A stretch of DNA of 49,609 bases, filler included, from Catajapyx aquilonaris (taxonomy: Eukaryota), in the NCBI GenBank assembly GCA_000934665.2. It is 3 parts of 3 records of this genome, joined end to end, with 100 filler letters (N's around TTAATTAATTAA, not from the genome) between each part and the next. Parts side by side here need not be neighbours in the genome. Positions count along the whole stretch, not along the records: positions 16,537 to 32,953 come from JYFJ02007205.1; positions 33,054 to 49,609 come from JYFJ02007206.1; 1 more part is not named here. One strand, 5' to 3'. The translations under genes were made by a program, and so were the position numbers. Shown one piece after another: positions 23,426 to 34,144 of the stretch; the first letter of the stretch is position 1; every line of letters begins with the position of its first letter. The notes below the pieces were generated by a model. It saw only the letters and a program-made list of their open reading frames with translations, had not been told where the DNA came from and made no database searches.

Positions 23426-23850
23426 GTTCGAGGCATTGGCAACACTGCCGCATATTGGCAACGCTGAGCTGTCAACCTGGCAACACTGCCTGTAGCTGCA
23501 ACTGGCAACAGTGCAGCAGTGAGCTACATCTGCCAACAGTCGGATCAACACGCATGCGCCTTCATATCCTCGGTTCGTGATTGGTCCGTTTTCCAAGCCC
23601 TAGCGACTGGCAGGTGTGAACCGCCTCCCTCCCGATCCCGATTCAACATGGCGTCTGATATGTCCGAGAGTTGACAAGTGGTCCACTTTCCCCTCGCCGA
23701 TTTCCCACCCAGTTCCATCCATCCCTCGCCCGTCTCTCACACAGCGGGTTGGCCCCCCAGCCGACACCGGCCTTGCATCCCACAACCAGCCGCACAGAGC
23801 CCGGCTGCCAGAAACGGGAGAGGATAGCCACACCCTAAGGGAGCCGTGTG
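23426..23850. promoter_or_regulatory. Putative bidirectional promoter and 5' UTRs between the Harbinger-derived gene and MINDY3
   Basis: Only 425 bp separate the divergent ATGs (23425 and 23851). The region is GC/CpG-rich relative to the flanks and shows no recognisable TE. TGGCAACRSTG occurs at 23437, 23456, 23478 and 23503, and ATTGG (reverse CCAAT) at 23580. Confidence 0.75.
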
Positions 23851-26800
23851 ATGGAGGCAGTGCAGCAGGAGGCTCAGTCCTTCGCGTCTGAGTTGAGCGA
23901 GATTAAGAAGCTTCTCTGGGGACCTGTGGTGAAGGATGAGGTCTTCAGGAGGTGGGAGCAAGGTATGTGGTGGCTGGATTGGGGGGGGACAACAGCCTCC
24001 CTTTTTCTCACCTTATTGGGTTCTAGGCTTGCAGTTCAGCAAGGATGAGCCGACTGCACTGGTTCAGTGGGAGGGTGGACCGTGCGCTATTCTGGCTCCT
24101 CTGCAGGCGTTTATACTCAAGTATGTCATCGGTGAAGACAACACCAACAACAACTGGCGAATGGTACGATTAATTAATATAGCAACAGTTGAATCCGGAT
24201 ATAGCAGCTTCCGCTTTCGGCTATAACAGACTCACAAGGCCGGTCCCGGCACTGTGTATTTTAACTCCTGATATAACAGACTTGAACGGTTGTGAATAAG
24301 CTTGATGCAAGTTTGCTAGTTTCAGAGATGATTGTAAGCAGGGCTATGACACAAGTACGATGCGGTAGTTTAATATAAAAGTCTCTACCACGTGGGGAAT
24401 TTCACAGGCATCTACTGCTGCCAGCCGCCCAAATCCTAGTCTGCAAACGCCCTCCGAGGAAAGGGCAGTTTGGGTTGGTTCCGAAGGCGGCCAACCAGAG
24501 TAGCCGACTGGAGGCGCACCAGCGTCAAATTCCCCACATGGCGGACACTTTTATATTAAACTACCATCAACACAGGGATAGGCTGGATGTCTCAGGGGCT
24601 GTGATCGTGCAAACTCTGTGCTCGTTGTTACAGTAAAAGTTCCGTCATTATTATCCGAAATCTTCTCCACTTTTTGACTTCAATTCTCATTTTCAGATCA
24701 CGTTGGCAATAACATACCATTTCTAGGGCCCTCGGTGGGAAAATATCTTGGTTTTGATTACTCGGCTTTTTTTTTCCACATGTAAAAAGCACTGCATACT
24801 GGAGGGGAGTGATTTTCCCATCTGTCACTGATCTAACTGGCCGTAAAGGTCAGTCATTCTTATTCCGGTATATTTGGCAATAACAAGACAGCAGAAGAAA
24901 ATGGCGGATTTTCTTGGTCCTGCCTAATTTTCTAGTGAGCTAATTTTCTTTGATCAGTATGCAGTATTATAAGCGTACGAAAGCAGAAAATTTGCTGTAT
25001 TCGCTGAAAAATTGGTGATTTGGCCGTAACAGACCACAGTTATAAGAGTTCGTTGAAGTTTGTTATATCCAGATTCAACTGTATTATATAGTGCATATTA
25101 TATATGAGTTAACCTGCACGTGCCTCCTGCATTGTGTTATATATGTAGGGATTAAGCTGCCAAAATTTCCGCAGTTTCTGCTAATTTGCACAAAAAAGTT
25201 CTAGCCAAAACTTAAGCTGATTGGAGGAGTATGAAAATATTAAACAAGTTGTGTGTTGTTGCAGCTCTCCCCCGAGCGATGTGATCGCCTTCTAGTCCAT
25301 GGCATTTGCGAGATTCTGCAACAAGTGCAGCGTGAGAATCCAGAGGGCGAACGCTTCCAATACAACTTGATCCACTTTCACCACGCTGCCCTGCAGAGTG
25401 ATGGGGATGACGAGGATGAGGGCGGTGGAAGCGGTGGGGGTAGCAGCAGTTCTCCTTCCAAACGCCCCCTTCTGATTAGCGGTTCGGAGCAAGTGAACCA
25501 GGAAGAATTCCACTCTCATCTGAGGCCAGTGACGGCAGCCAATGCGGAGGAGTTGGAGAAGGTGGTGTGGAACCAGTTGAGGGACCTGAGAGGGACGGCA
25601 GGGGTGCTGCTCTTTCTTTACTCGCTGATCAGGACTAAAGGAGTGGCTCAGATCAGGAAGGAAATGTCGGATCCCACGGAGCCTCTCATTGACTCCACAC
25701 ACGGGCATGGGAACCAGAGCCTCATCAATTTGGCACTCACTGGAAGAGCTGTAAGCCATGTTTGGGACCACAGTCAGGATGTTGGTGGAATGCGTGAGTT
25801 TCCCTGAACAGTTTTGGTTAGGGCCCGTACACACTAATTTTTTTGAGAGCTGTGCTTGTCAGCAATTTTTAACATGCAGCTGAAGAGCTCGCTCAAATAA
25901 TATTTGTGTGTCGCTGCCCTTAGTATACTGATGACTAACGTGAAATTCTTTGCAGAGTTACAAGGTGTGGACCATCAAAGTGAGGTGGGGTTCCTTACTC
26001 TCCTTGAACACCTCCGCTACTGTGAGGTGGGGTCGTACCTGAAGAACCCCAAGTGCCCTGTGTGGGTCCTCGGCAGTGAGACCCATCTTACTGTCCTGTG
26101 TTCCCGGGATCCCCACCTGGTCAGTCCGGAAAGACCTTCCGATATGGCCAAGAGGATCTTCAAGACATTTGACCCGGAGGGCAATAACTTCATTTCCACT
26201 GTCCTGCTCGAGGACATACTCAAGGCATGCGATCTCGTTTCGGACACAGAATAGTAAGTAAACTGTACAGTCCTCTTTGTCATTAATTTGTGCTGCATTA
26301 TTTCTAGTTATGGATAAATTGCTACAAACTTCAGAAGACTAAAAAAAATGGCATTTCAAATTACTCTCTGAACGTTTCTCTGCTTTCTTCATGTCCCATT
26401 CAAGCCATGATTTCTCTTGGATTAAAAGTATGGTTTTCTAGTGCAACATTTGACCATAATTGCAATGATTTCAGTGTGGACGTGATGAAGAAGAAGTTGG
26501 ACTCGGAGGGCTTGGGGATAATCCTTCTGCGGGATTTTATGGACGAGTTTTTTCCAAACGAAGATCGAAACACACCTGACACGTTCACCCTCTATCATTA
26601 TAACGGACTGCCTCGATCATCCCCTGGAAATAAGGTAGGCTTATGTTGTCTTCTCTCCAGTATTCGAGTGATGTGCATCTGAAATCTCGTGATGCTAAAC
26701 CGCTTTTATTTCCCTAAGGTGGTGTACCAAGAAGGCCAGGCCATCATCCTTGAGTGTGACGTCAAGTGCGTAAATGACAGCAACCCAATGCAGACCTGCC

Positions 26801-26865
26801 TCCAGACAAAGTGGCCCAATATAGAGGTACAGTGGAAGGGGGACGTGGCGCCTTCATTGAATTGA
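23851..26865 (+). CDS. MINDY3: Ubiquitin carboxyl-terminal hydrolase MINDY-3 (FAM188A), 460 aa, 6 exons, complete
   Basis: Exons 23851-23962, 24027-24163, 25265-25793, 25956-26253, 26475-26634, 26719-26865. All introns are GT-AG and phases are consistent (1383 nt). Motifs: catalytic Cys ALVQWEGGPCAILAP, HGHGNQSLINL, catalytic His VWVLGSETHLTV, EF-hand-like DPEGNNFIS, YHYNGL, C-terminus CLQTKWPNIEVQW..PSLN*. Confidence 0.96.
24186..25081. mobile_element. pogo/Tigger-like MITE, copy 2, filling most of MINDY3 intron 2
   Basis: CAGTTGAATCCGGATATA ... TATATCCAGATTCAACTG-TA. Shares GGTCCTGCCTAA, GTGAGCTAATTTT and CTGTCACTGAT blocks with 11063-11631. Confidence 0.8.
24364..24565. mobile_element. 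~200-bp MITE nested in the intronic pogo-like element
   Basis: GGTAGTTTAATATAAAAGT..CCACGTGGGGAATTT / AAATTCCCCACATGG..ACTTTTATATTAAACTACC inverted termini. Absent from the 11063 copy. Confidence 0.7.
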
Positions 26866-29618
26866 CATTTATTACTTTTTAGCCTAGTGTCAATCCAAAG
26901 TGGGTTGTAAATTTATGTGTATACAAAGCCCTTTAAAAAAAAAGAAAGAAGAAAAACAAAAAAGAGGCAGCTATTTGACAAATCCCGGTGTATAAATGAT
27001 AAGCTTCGGTGCCTGTTCAGTACCTAAACTGTGACAACAATGCAAAACAAACCATTCCCAAAGTCGACTGACTTTTTGGCAAGGATCAAAAAAGTAAAAA
27101 CCCCAATCTCCACCGCTGACAGGGTGCAAAAAAAAGAGAGAGAAAAAAAGTTGCATGCTCTGAATGCGCTTCTCAGCGGAAGTGATTTCCAAGTGTGCTT
27201 GTGGATTTTGCCTTATTCATTCCCCCACTGCAGAGAGACAGAAGAGAGGGTGAAACGTGCCAAATTTTGCAATGGTTTTGCACTTGGAGCAGCAACATGC
27301 CGCAACATTAAATACCGGTGTTATTAAATTATGTACGTGACAAGTGACAGCGAAGAGTTTTTGTCTCTGAAAAGAATTATGCATAATAATGATGGCACTC
27401 ACTTTTTTGTTTGACAATTAATATATGACCAGAAGTGATATTGTTTACATTCAAAATATGATTTGATTAAAAAGTTTTCTTTGAATTTGTTATGTGACGG
27501 ATATTTTTAATTGTTTTCCCCTGTCCCTCAGCAGAAAGAAAAACTTATAGCCATCAGCTGGGCATATTAATAGGCTGATATATGAACTCAGCTTGACCTT
27601 TTCAAAAATGTGATTAAATTCTCAGAAAGTAATACAAGTACATACCTCTTAAGTGGAAGGTAATTACAGAAACTTTAGTTCACTGATGCATGTGTACCTT
27701 GACAAATAATACAACAGCTACGTTGTAAAACAGTGTAATTTATTTCAGGTTTTCCATGTCATTCACACAAGTGGAATATCATTCCATGTAATAGTTTGCA
27801 AATTACGTAAAGTGTAGTGCTCGAGAGAAAAATAACACCACGCACATAAGATTTTGTGTGAGAACACCTGCATCTGTAGCAACATTGGCTGATTAATTGC
27901 ATTACAGCTCTTAAGGTCATAATAACAATAATAAATAAATATTTATGAATGCAGAGTTGACCTCAGCTGCATTAAGAAATGACAGGCTATTGAATTGATT
28001 ACGCAAACATCAATGGTTTGCAAGTTAGATGTGGTTAATGGTAATTTAAACTAACCAGTCATTTGCAACATCTCGATCCGTTTATTTTGCAGCAGTCACA
28101 CAATTTTACTGAGGCTTCAATGCTATGAACCAACTTTTCCGAAGACTGTGACCCTACATGACATTTCATAAAGTTGAATCAGTTCTATTGTTGGAATACC
28201 AAATTGTGGGCCTGGTGGAGAAATGTCGTTTGTTGCAGATGTTCTTTGATGGTTGAGTGTGTCACCACGTTGGCAGTTTGATTCGAGCAGAAATAAGAAT
28301 CTTGTGAATGTTAATTCCTTGCGGGAATATCTGCGGTTAATAACTGCCATTGCCAGATTTATAGGAAATTCCTTTGCAGTTTGACATAATTTTGGTCAGT
28401 GGCTCTTATGAACGACACTTCTGCACCAGACCCACAAAATCGCATAATCCTTTTGCAAGCATTTTTGTACATTACAAGTTGCATGCATTGCACATGATAT
28501 AAGGACATACACACCAACTTATAAAATCGAGAGAATTATAAAAAAAAAAAAACAATAGTGTATGATACAGGATTTGGCACACAAAATTCACTCTCCTGAT
28601 TCCATTTAAAAATTAACTTCATTTCAAATAAAATACTCATCTCAACATGTACACAATTTACATCAATTCGTAATTATGTTGATCAACGGCAACAAATATT
28701 TCGCAGAAAAGGGGGGGGATTATTGAACTGTTTCCTGAGTTCTGAAAGCAAACATTAATGGAATAATAATTATTTTTTTCAAAACTTCCTATTGAGCTTA
28801 ATGCCTCCTTCCATGTCCACCAGGTAAACTTGCTATTTACACATAATAATTTACACTTCAAAGTAATTACATCTTTGGTGTATGAAAACAATAATATGGA
28901 GATGACAAAATGTTCAAAATTTCTATCACAATGGCAGTTCTAATCATATGAGTGAGAAAAAAAAATGGCAGTGTGAGAACTAGTGATTGTGTTCAGTACC
29001 ATACTTTATATTATGTACCCCCAGCATCAGTTTCCAACGGACCACTGTTCACCGGGGGAGTTCATGAGCATCAAAAAAAATTTGGAATGCTTTTAAACCA
29101 CATTAAAAAGCAACAAAAAGATATCAGATTGTCACACGTATTTTTACAAGTGCATTGCGTTCACATTCATAGCCACGGAAAATTCACATTTGGTATATTT
29201 TCCAATGGTTAGGTTAATTTTAGTGTTCACTGCATCCTAGGAGTTGAAATTATTGACAGTCTCAAGATTTGACTGAACATTCAATGCAACATCAAACAAC
29301 CGCAGGTAATAATTGTTCGTGCTTACATTGCAGAGGGTTTAACCAGGGCCACTTTTTGTAGAGGATTCTTCACATATTACGAACTTGTGACTTGAACCAT
29401 TTAATGTGGCAAGGTTGTAACCGTCTTTCAGGCGACACCAGGAAGTTACACGGCTTTGACTGAGGTGGCATTTACATATGTGTAACACCTTATGCATGAA
29501 ACCGGATTTGTGAGGGACCAATTGTGGCCCAAGAATATCACATCCACTTGTGACTTCACCTGTACTTTGAACCACAAACTCAAGACTAGAACAAGGGCGT
29601 GATTTAAGTGGTTGTTCC

Positions 29619-32035
29619 TCATGAACCGGCCCATACCAACACCACAAGCCCCAACACCAGGGCCACCCAAGGGCTGTTCCTCCCAACCCCACTCTCCCTG
29701 TGCATCGCGGATGCAGATGTGATGGAGCTGAGTGCCAGTTCACTCAGCATCCTCGGACTCCCCTTCCTCACCATGGCTACCACTTTTTCCGCCTCTTTGG
29801 CACACGCCTGGACTTGCAGCGACGATGGCGACCGCACATTGTCAGTAGTCAACTGCAGAGTTGGCGGTGACGGTCTGACCACAATCACGAGGTCTAGCTC
29901 TACACTGAGGTAGCCAAAGACGTCGCACTGGGCCACCCGCACATGCCTCTGTATCTGGCTCACCACGGCATGGACAGAGAGTGCAGACATGTCTTTGATC
30001 ACATAGAGTGCACGATCCACCTGCTTCTGGCTGTACAATAGCCGTGCAGCCCCTGCGCAGGTGGGGCAGCAGGCCCCTGGAGGGGTGAGCCCCACTGTGC
30101 ATTGGTCCGGCAAGGGTGGGCACTGCACCCCATCACACCGCCCACCCTCTCCCCATCCCTCGCTGGACTTGCCATCCTCCATTAGACCCACAGCAAGGCA
30201 AGGGCCCCAGTAGTCCACCGAGGAGCCGTGTGCCCAAGCGGCACATTCTGAAGCGTATGTCTCGCCATTGATTCCGCACACTGTGCCAGCTGCTTCACAT
30301 CCGACCTGTAATAGTAGGCAGAATTAATGACTCCCAGTGACACTTTCCAAAATGCACAAATTTGATCTGACAAACATTTAATGCTTGTCACCTGAACATT
30401 GCATGTACTTACTCTGCACTTTCCTATGTAGGCAAGTTTCTTCCCACTTCGTATCATCTGGCATGGGTTTGCATGTTCTCTTCCCTCGGTGTCACACACT
30501 GGATCCATCCCAGTGCTGCACGAATCCATAGCAACTGCAATAAGGTTGAGTTTAAATAATGTACCGGTGCATGCAATAAGATGAGTAGGCCTACTTACCA
30601 CATATGTACTGTGGGCACTCCTTATGTATCAGGCTGAGGCAGACCTTTCTGTCTGGTAGACAGCGCCTGTCTGCTCCGCATGGGTTTGGACTGCATGGGT
30701 CTTTGGCTGAGCAAGATCCAAACTCAAAGTCAGCATCTGTTAATCCAGCACACCTGCAAAATACAGTAAGGTAAGTGAAACTGTCCAAGTAATGAACATC
30801 GTACGATACACTTACTTTGCTAGACACAAGTTGGGATAGGTCTTCCCATTTCGGCCGCACACAGGCACGTAATGCTCTGGACAGTTACACGGCAAGCTGG
30901 TGTATGCCAGGTTGCGGCCATTGCTGCGTCCTCTACATTGCCTCTTGCTGCAGCTGATCTCCCCTGCATAACAGCTGCACAGGTTGCATTCCATCTCAAA
31001 CTGTTGTCCATGCTCAACTCTCCTGCTCCCCAGCCAGCAGGGGTCAAGGGGCACGAAAGGCATAGGCTGGCATTTCTCAACCTGCCCCTTTTCGCCACAC
31101 CTGCATATCTTCTGGCATCCCTTCTGACCAGTGCTCAGTGGGATCCTCACGTACGTACCCTTTGCAACCACATACTGAGAAACTTCTCCAAGTTTGCACC
31201 CAGGTGTGCATGTGTACGGAGGGCATCCTCTGCCTTTACACCCACGGTTGACCTCGCACACCTCTGATGCATTACATGGGTCGCTCTTACATGGCATAGT
31301 GACCTGTTGCGGTGGCTCTTTCGCATATGGAAGTCGGCTTGGCTGCAGGAATGGACGGATTGATATGCAAGGGGGATCTGAACCCAGGCCTTCTGGTGCA
31401 GGTGACAGTAGGGAACAGAGTGATGCTGCAGTGTGATCTGGTGGGAGATGCGCCGGATCTATGCAGGTGCTCAGCACTTCATAACAATCTTCCTTGCAAA
31501 TGCGATTTGCATGTGAGGAGTGGTGGCATGGCTTGATCTGCAATGCACATGCTATGGCCTTCCAGTGGTCCGGCAGGCAACTCCTCAAATCCTTCACTGG
31601 TAACGCCAGTCCTGGTAGACCTAAGAATCCCTGCGATGCCCACAGTTGCATGTCATACTGTGCCGCCTCGTCAGCCAATCTTGAACAACTTCTGAACAGC
31701 TCGGTTGGCCTGTTGTTGAAGTTGGTGCAGTAACTGAGTCCCTCGCATCCCAACTCGCAGGGCTCCTCCACCTCATCTATGCAGTGGATAAGCTTGATCT
31801 CTGTCAGCTGCGACAGACAGGCACGGTCAAATCCATCCCAGCTGCGGGTCCATTCTGTGGAGAAGGTCTTGAAGCAGAGGCGACGGCAATGGGGGCTGGC
31901 TGCCTGGAAGCAGCAGTGCAGCTTGGCCGAGTCCATCCCCAGGCGGTCAATGCGGGAAGAGGATTCCGTTGTGTCGGATGTGGAGGCCCCACCGCTATTG
32001 CTGCTGCTCTGCAGGAAGCACTGCCACAGCTTATC
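29619..32035 (-). CDS. RECK: RECK (reversion-inducing cysteine-rich protein with Kazal motifs), last four exons; 5' exons are not in this contig
   Basis: Exons 32035-30816, 30753-30599, 30534-30413, 30305-29619, with GT-AG introns and consistent phases. Motifs: LWQCFL, DSAKLHCC, CTNFNNRPTELFRSC, WKAIACALQIKPC, Kazal-like CPEHYVPVCGRNGKTYPNLCLAKC, PVCDTEGREHAN and VCGINGETYASEC. The hydrophobic C-terminus resembles a GPI signal. Confidence 0.96.
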
Positions 32036-32096
32036 CTGTAACCATATACAGTAATTTAATTAGCTGCTCTAATATGAAACATGAATTATGAATTTT

Positions 32097-32150
32097 GTGT
32101 GTGTGTGTGTACCCCGTGATAAGGCCCGAGGCCCTCTTTAGGGGGGTGCA
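32097..32150 (-). mobile_element. Retroposon 3' tail with (CA)n microsatellite
   Basis: The minus strand reads CACCCCCCTAAAGAGGGCCTCGGGCCTTATCACGGGGTA(CA)n, the same terminal motif as the SINEs at 35332-35762 and 43527-43676. Its 5' extent was not determined. Confidence 0.5.
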
Positions 32151-32374
32151 ATACCACCATAGGGTGACTGGGAGGGGATGTGCAAAGTACTAGTGCAGTG
32201 TCTCTGATTGGTCATTTTGTGAACTCCCCGGATGGATTAGTCTAGCGGAGATGGCCCCACTCTGCACGAGATGAAGGGGGGAACCCTTGAACTATGCATA
32301 TATCCATGGCTTGTGAAGCATTTCCTCCTTGAGACTGTTTCTGTTGTTGTGACCACAGGACTATATTATGACAA

Positions 32375-32915
32375 CTAGCAGCGGTACCCGTTCTTCGCAC
32401 GGGAAAAAAAGAGCGTGGATAATTACACCGAAATCTTCTTAGATCTCAAGCAATATTAAATGCAAAACTGCTCATTCCCTTGCATATGTAGGCATTGGAA
32501 GGGTGTAAAAATTCTGGTTTGTTTGCGTAATAAAGAGCCACGCAACTATGGCTATGTGGTGATCAGAATACAAAAAGGTGGGACAGATGGAGAGAGAAAC
32601 AAAGAGGAAAAAGAAGAAAGGAAAGACTGGTATCTCTCTTAGTCTGTCTCCTATCCCAAAGACCTGTCCAACTTGGGCGGCCCTATCAGTAGACAAAACT
32701 ACCGCCGGCATAGCTCTTCAGGATCATGGGAAAACGAAAGCCCACCACCAAGGCAAGGTGGAGATACATTGGGGGGAGGGGACAAAAAAATTTGGATAAA
32801 AAAATTGGGGGAAGTGCAAAATTTGAAACCATTTACAGGCCTGTTTCTATGGTAATCAACAAAATTCTGTTGCCACAGGCAAATAAATGTTATTTTTTTG
32901 CCTTACATACGTAGA
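32375..32915 (-). mobile_element. Non-autonomous Helitron (541 bp) in a RECK intron
   Basis: Minus strand: A|TCTACGTATG... at 32915, and 3' hairpin CCCGTGCGAAGAACGGG (32387-32403) 8 nt before CTAG|T at 32375. This is the canonical 5'-TC..hairpin..CTRR-3' inserted between A and T with no TSD. Confidence 0.7.
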
Positions 32916-32953
32916 TTATCAAAATATGTTATTTATTTATTAATTTATAGCAG

Positions 32954-33053
32954 NNNNNNNNNNNNNNNNNNNNNNNNNNNNNNNNNNNNNNNNNNNNTTA
33001 ATTAATTAANNNNNNNNNNNNNNNNNNNNNNNNNNNNNNNNNNNNNNNNNNNN
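32954..33053. other. Artificial contig linker N44-TTAATTAATTAA-N44
   Basis: Exactly 100 bp, identical to 16437-16536. Confidence 0.97.
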
Positions 33054-34144
33054 GAGATCGTGATAATGCTGTGCTTAAGAAAACCTCGCCTTATAATGGC
33101 ATACCTCGCTTAGACCGGCATGCTGGTGTAGCCACCAGATCGTGCATTTCAAAAAACTGGTCGACCTCAACTACACCGGCATGCCACTTTAAGTGAAGTA
33201 ATACAGTATTTTTTTTTTCTCTGTGGTAGGTTCAGACACCAAGGTGCACTGCCCACATTATATTTTCAAAAGTGAGCATTTCTCTTTGTTATTAATGGTT
33301 GTCAATGATTAAGCCACAATTAATAACAAAGAGAAGGCAGGTTTTTATATACCACTAGTGGCTCAACCTGCCCTCAGAGGTAATGTGTGTAGGTGGAATT
33401 GAAGTTTTGGTCGTGTCTTAAGCATGACCTGGTAGAGTATAATTATTTGGTAGGGGTAAGTACCTAGATGGGGACTTGAAGGGTCGACCCGGCCAATAGG
33501 CCCTAGACCTCAAGGGGTAACTGGTAAGTACTGTACTAATATGAAACATTATGACAACAGGGCCTAATTATTATAACTATTGAACCATAGATAGCTGAAC
33601 TTCCTTTATCCCTCTTTCCCCCAACATACCTTTCCCTATACCCCAAAACCTGTTTTTTTGAAGATGAACATGTGAGGAATGTGTTCTCCATGGATAATTA
33701 ATCAACATGTTTTCACATATGTGGAGCCAAAAATAGCAATTAATTCAGAAATAATGTCATTTCACAGGTGCTATGTGCTGTTGACACCACTGCTGGGCCT
33801 GTTGCTTGATAACCACACCAGCTTTCACCATCACTCCTGTACCATTTATTTTGCATGTATTGGAAATTTATAAGTTTATTGGAGTTGGGTACATATGATG
33901 TGTTCTGCTTGTGCATTTTTTTTTTATTGTTTAGAGATTAATGAATTCAACCAATTCATTGCACTTGCAAGCACCAAAGTATGAAAAAGTTTCATGTTTT
34001 TTAGTTTAAAAATTGCAGCTGTCATATTGTTCTCTCTTTGTTTTGAAGTTATTCCATTCCGTTCATGTGTTAAATTGAAGTTCTGCTTGGTGGATATATT
34101 GGCTGCAATGTGGATGCTCTTTAAACTCCACAATATCAGACAAC

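Noticed and set aside
23426..23596. 57-aa N-terminal extension of the Harbinger-derived protein suggested by the ORF track
   Set aside because: It starts at TTG, contains no Met, and overlaps the motif cluster. ATG 23425 has a good Kozak context and family-typical sequence follows it.
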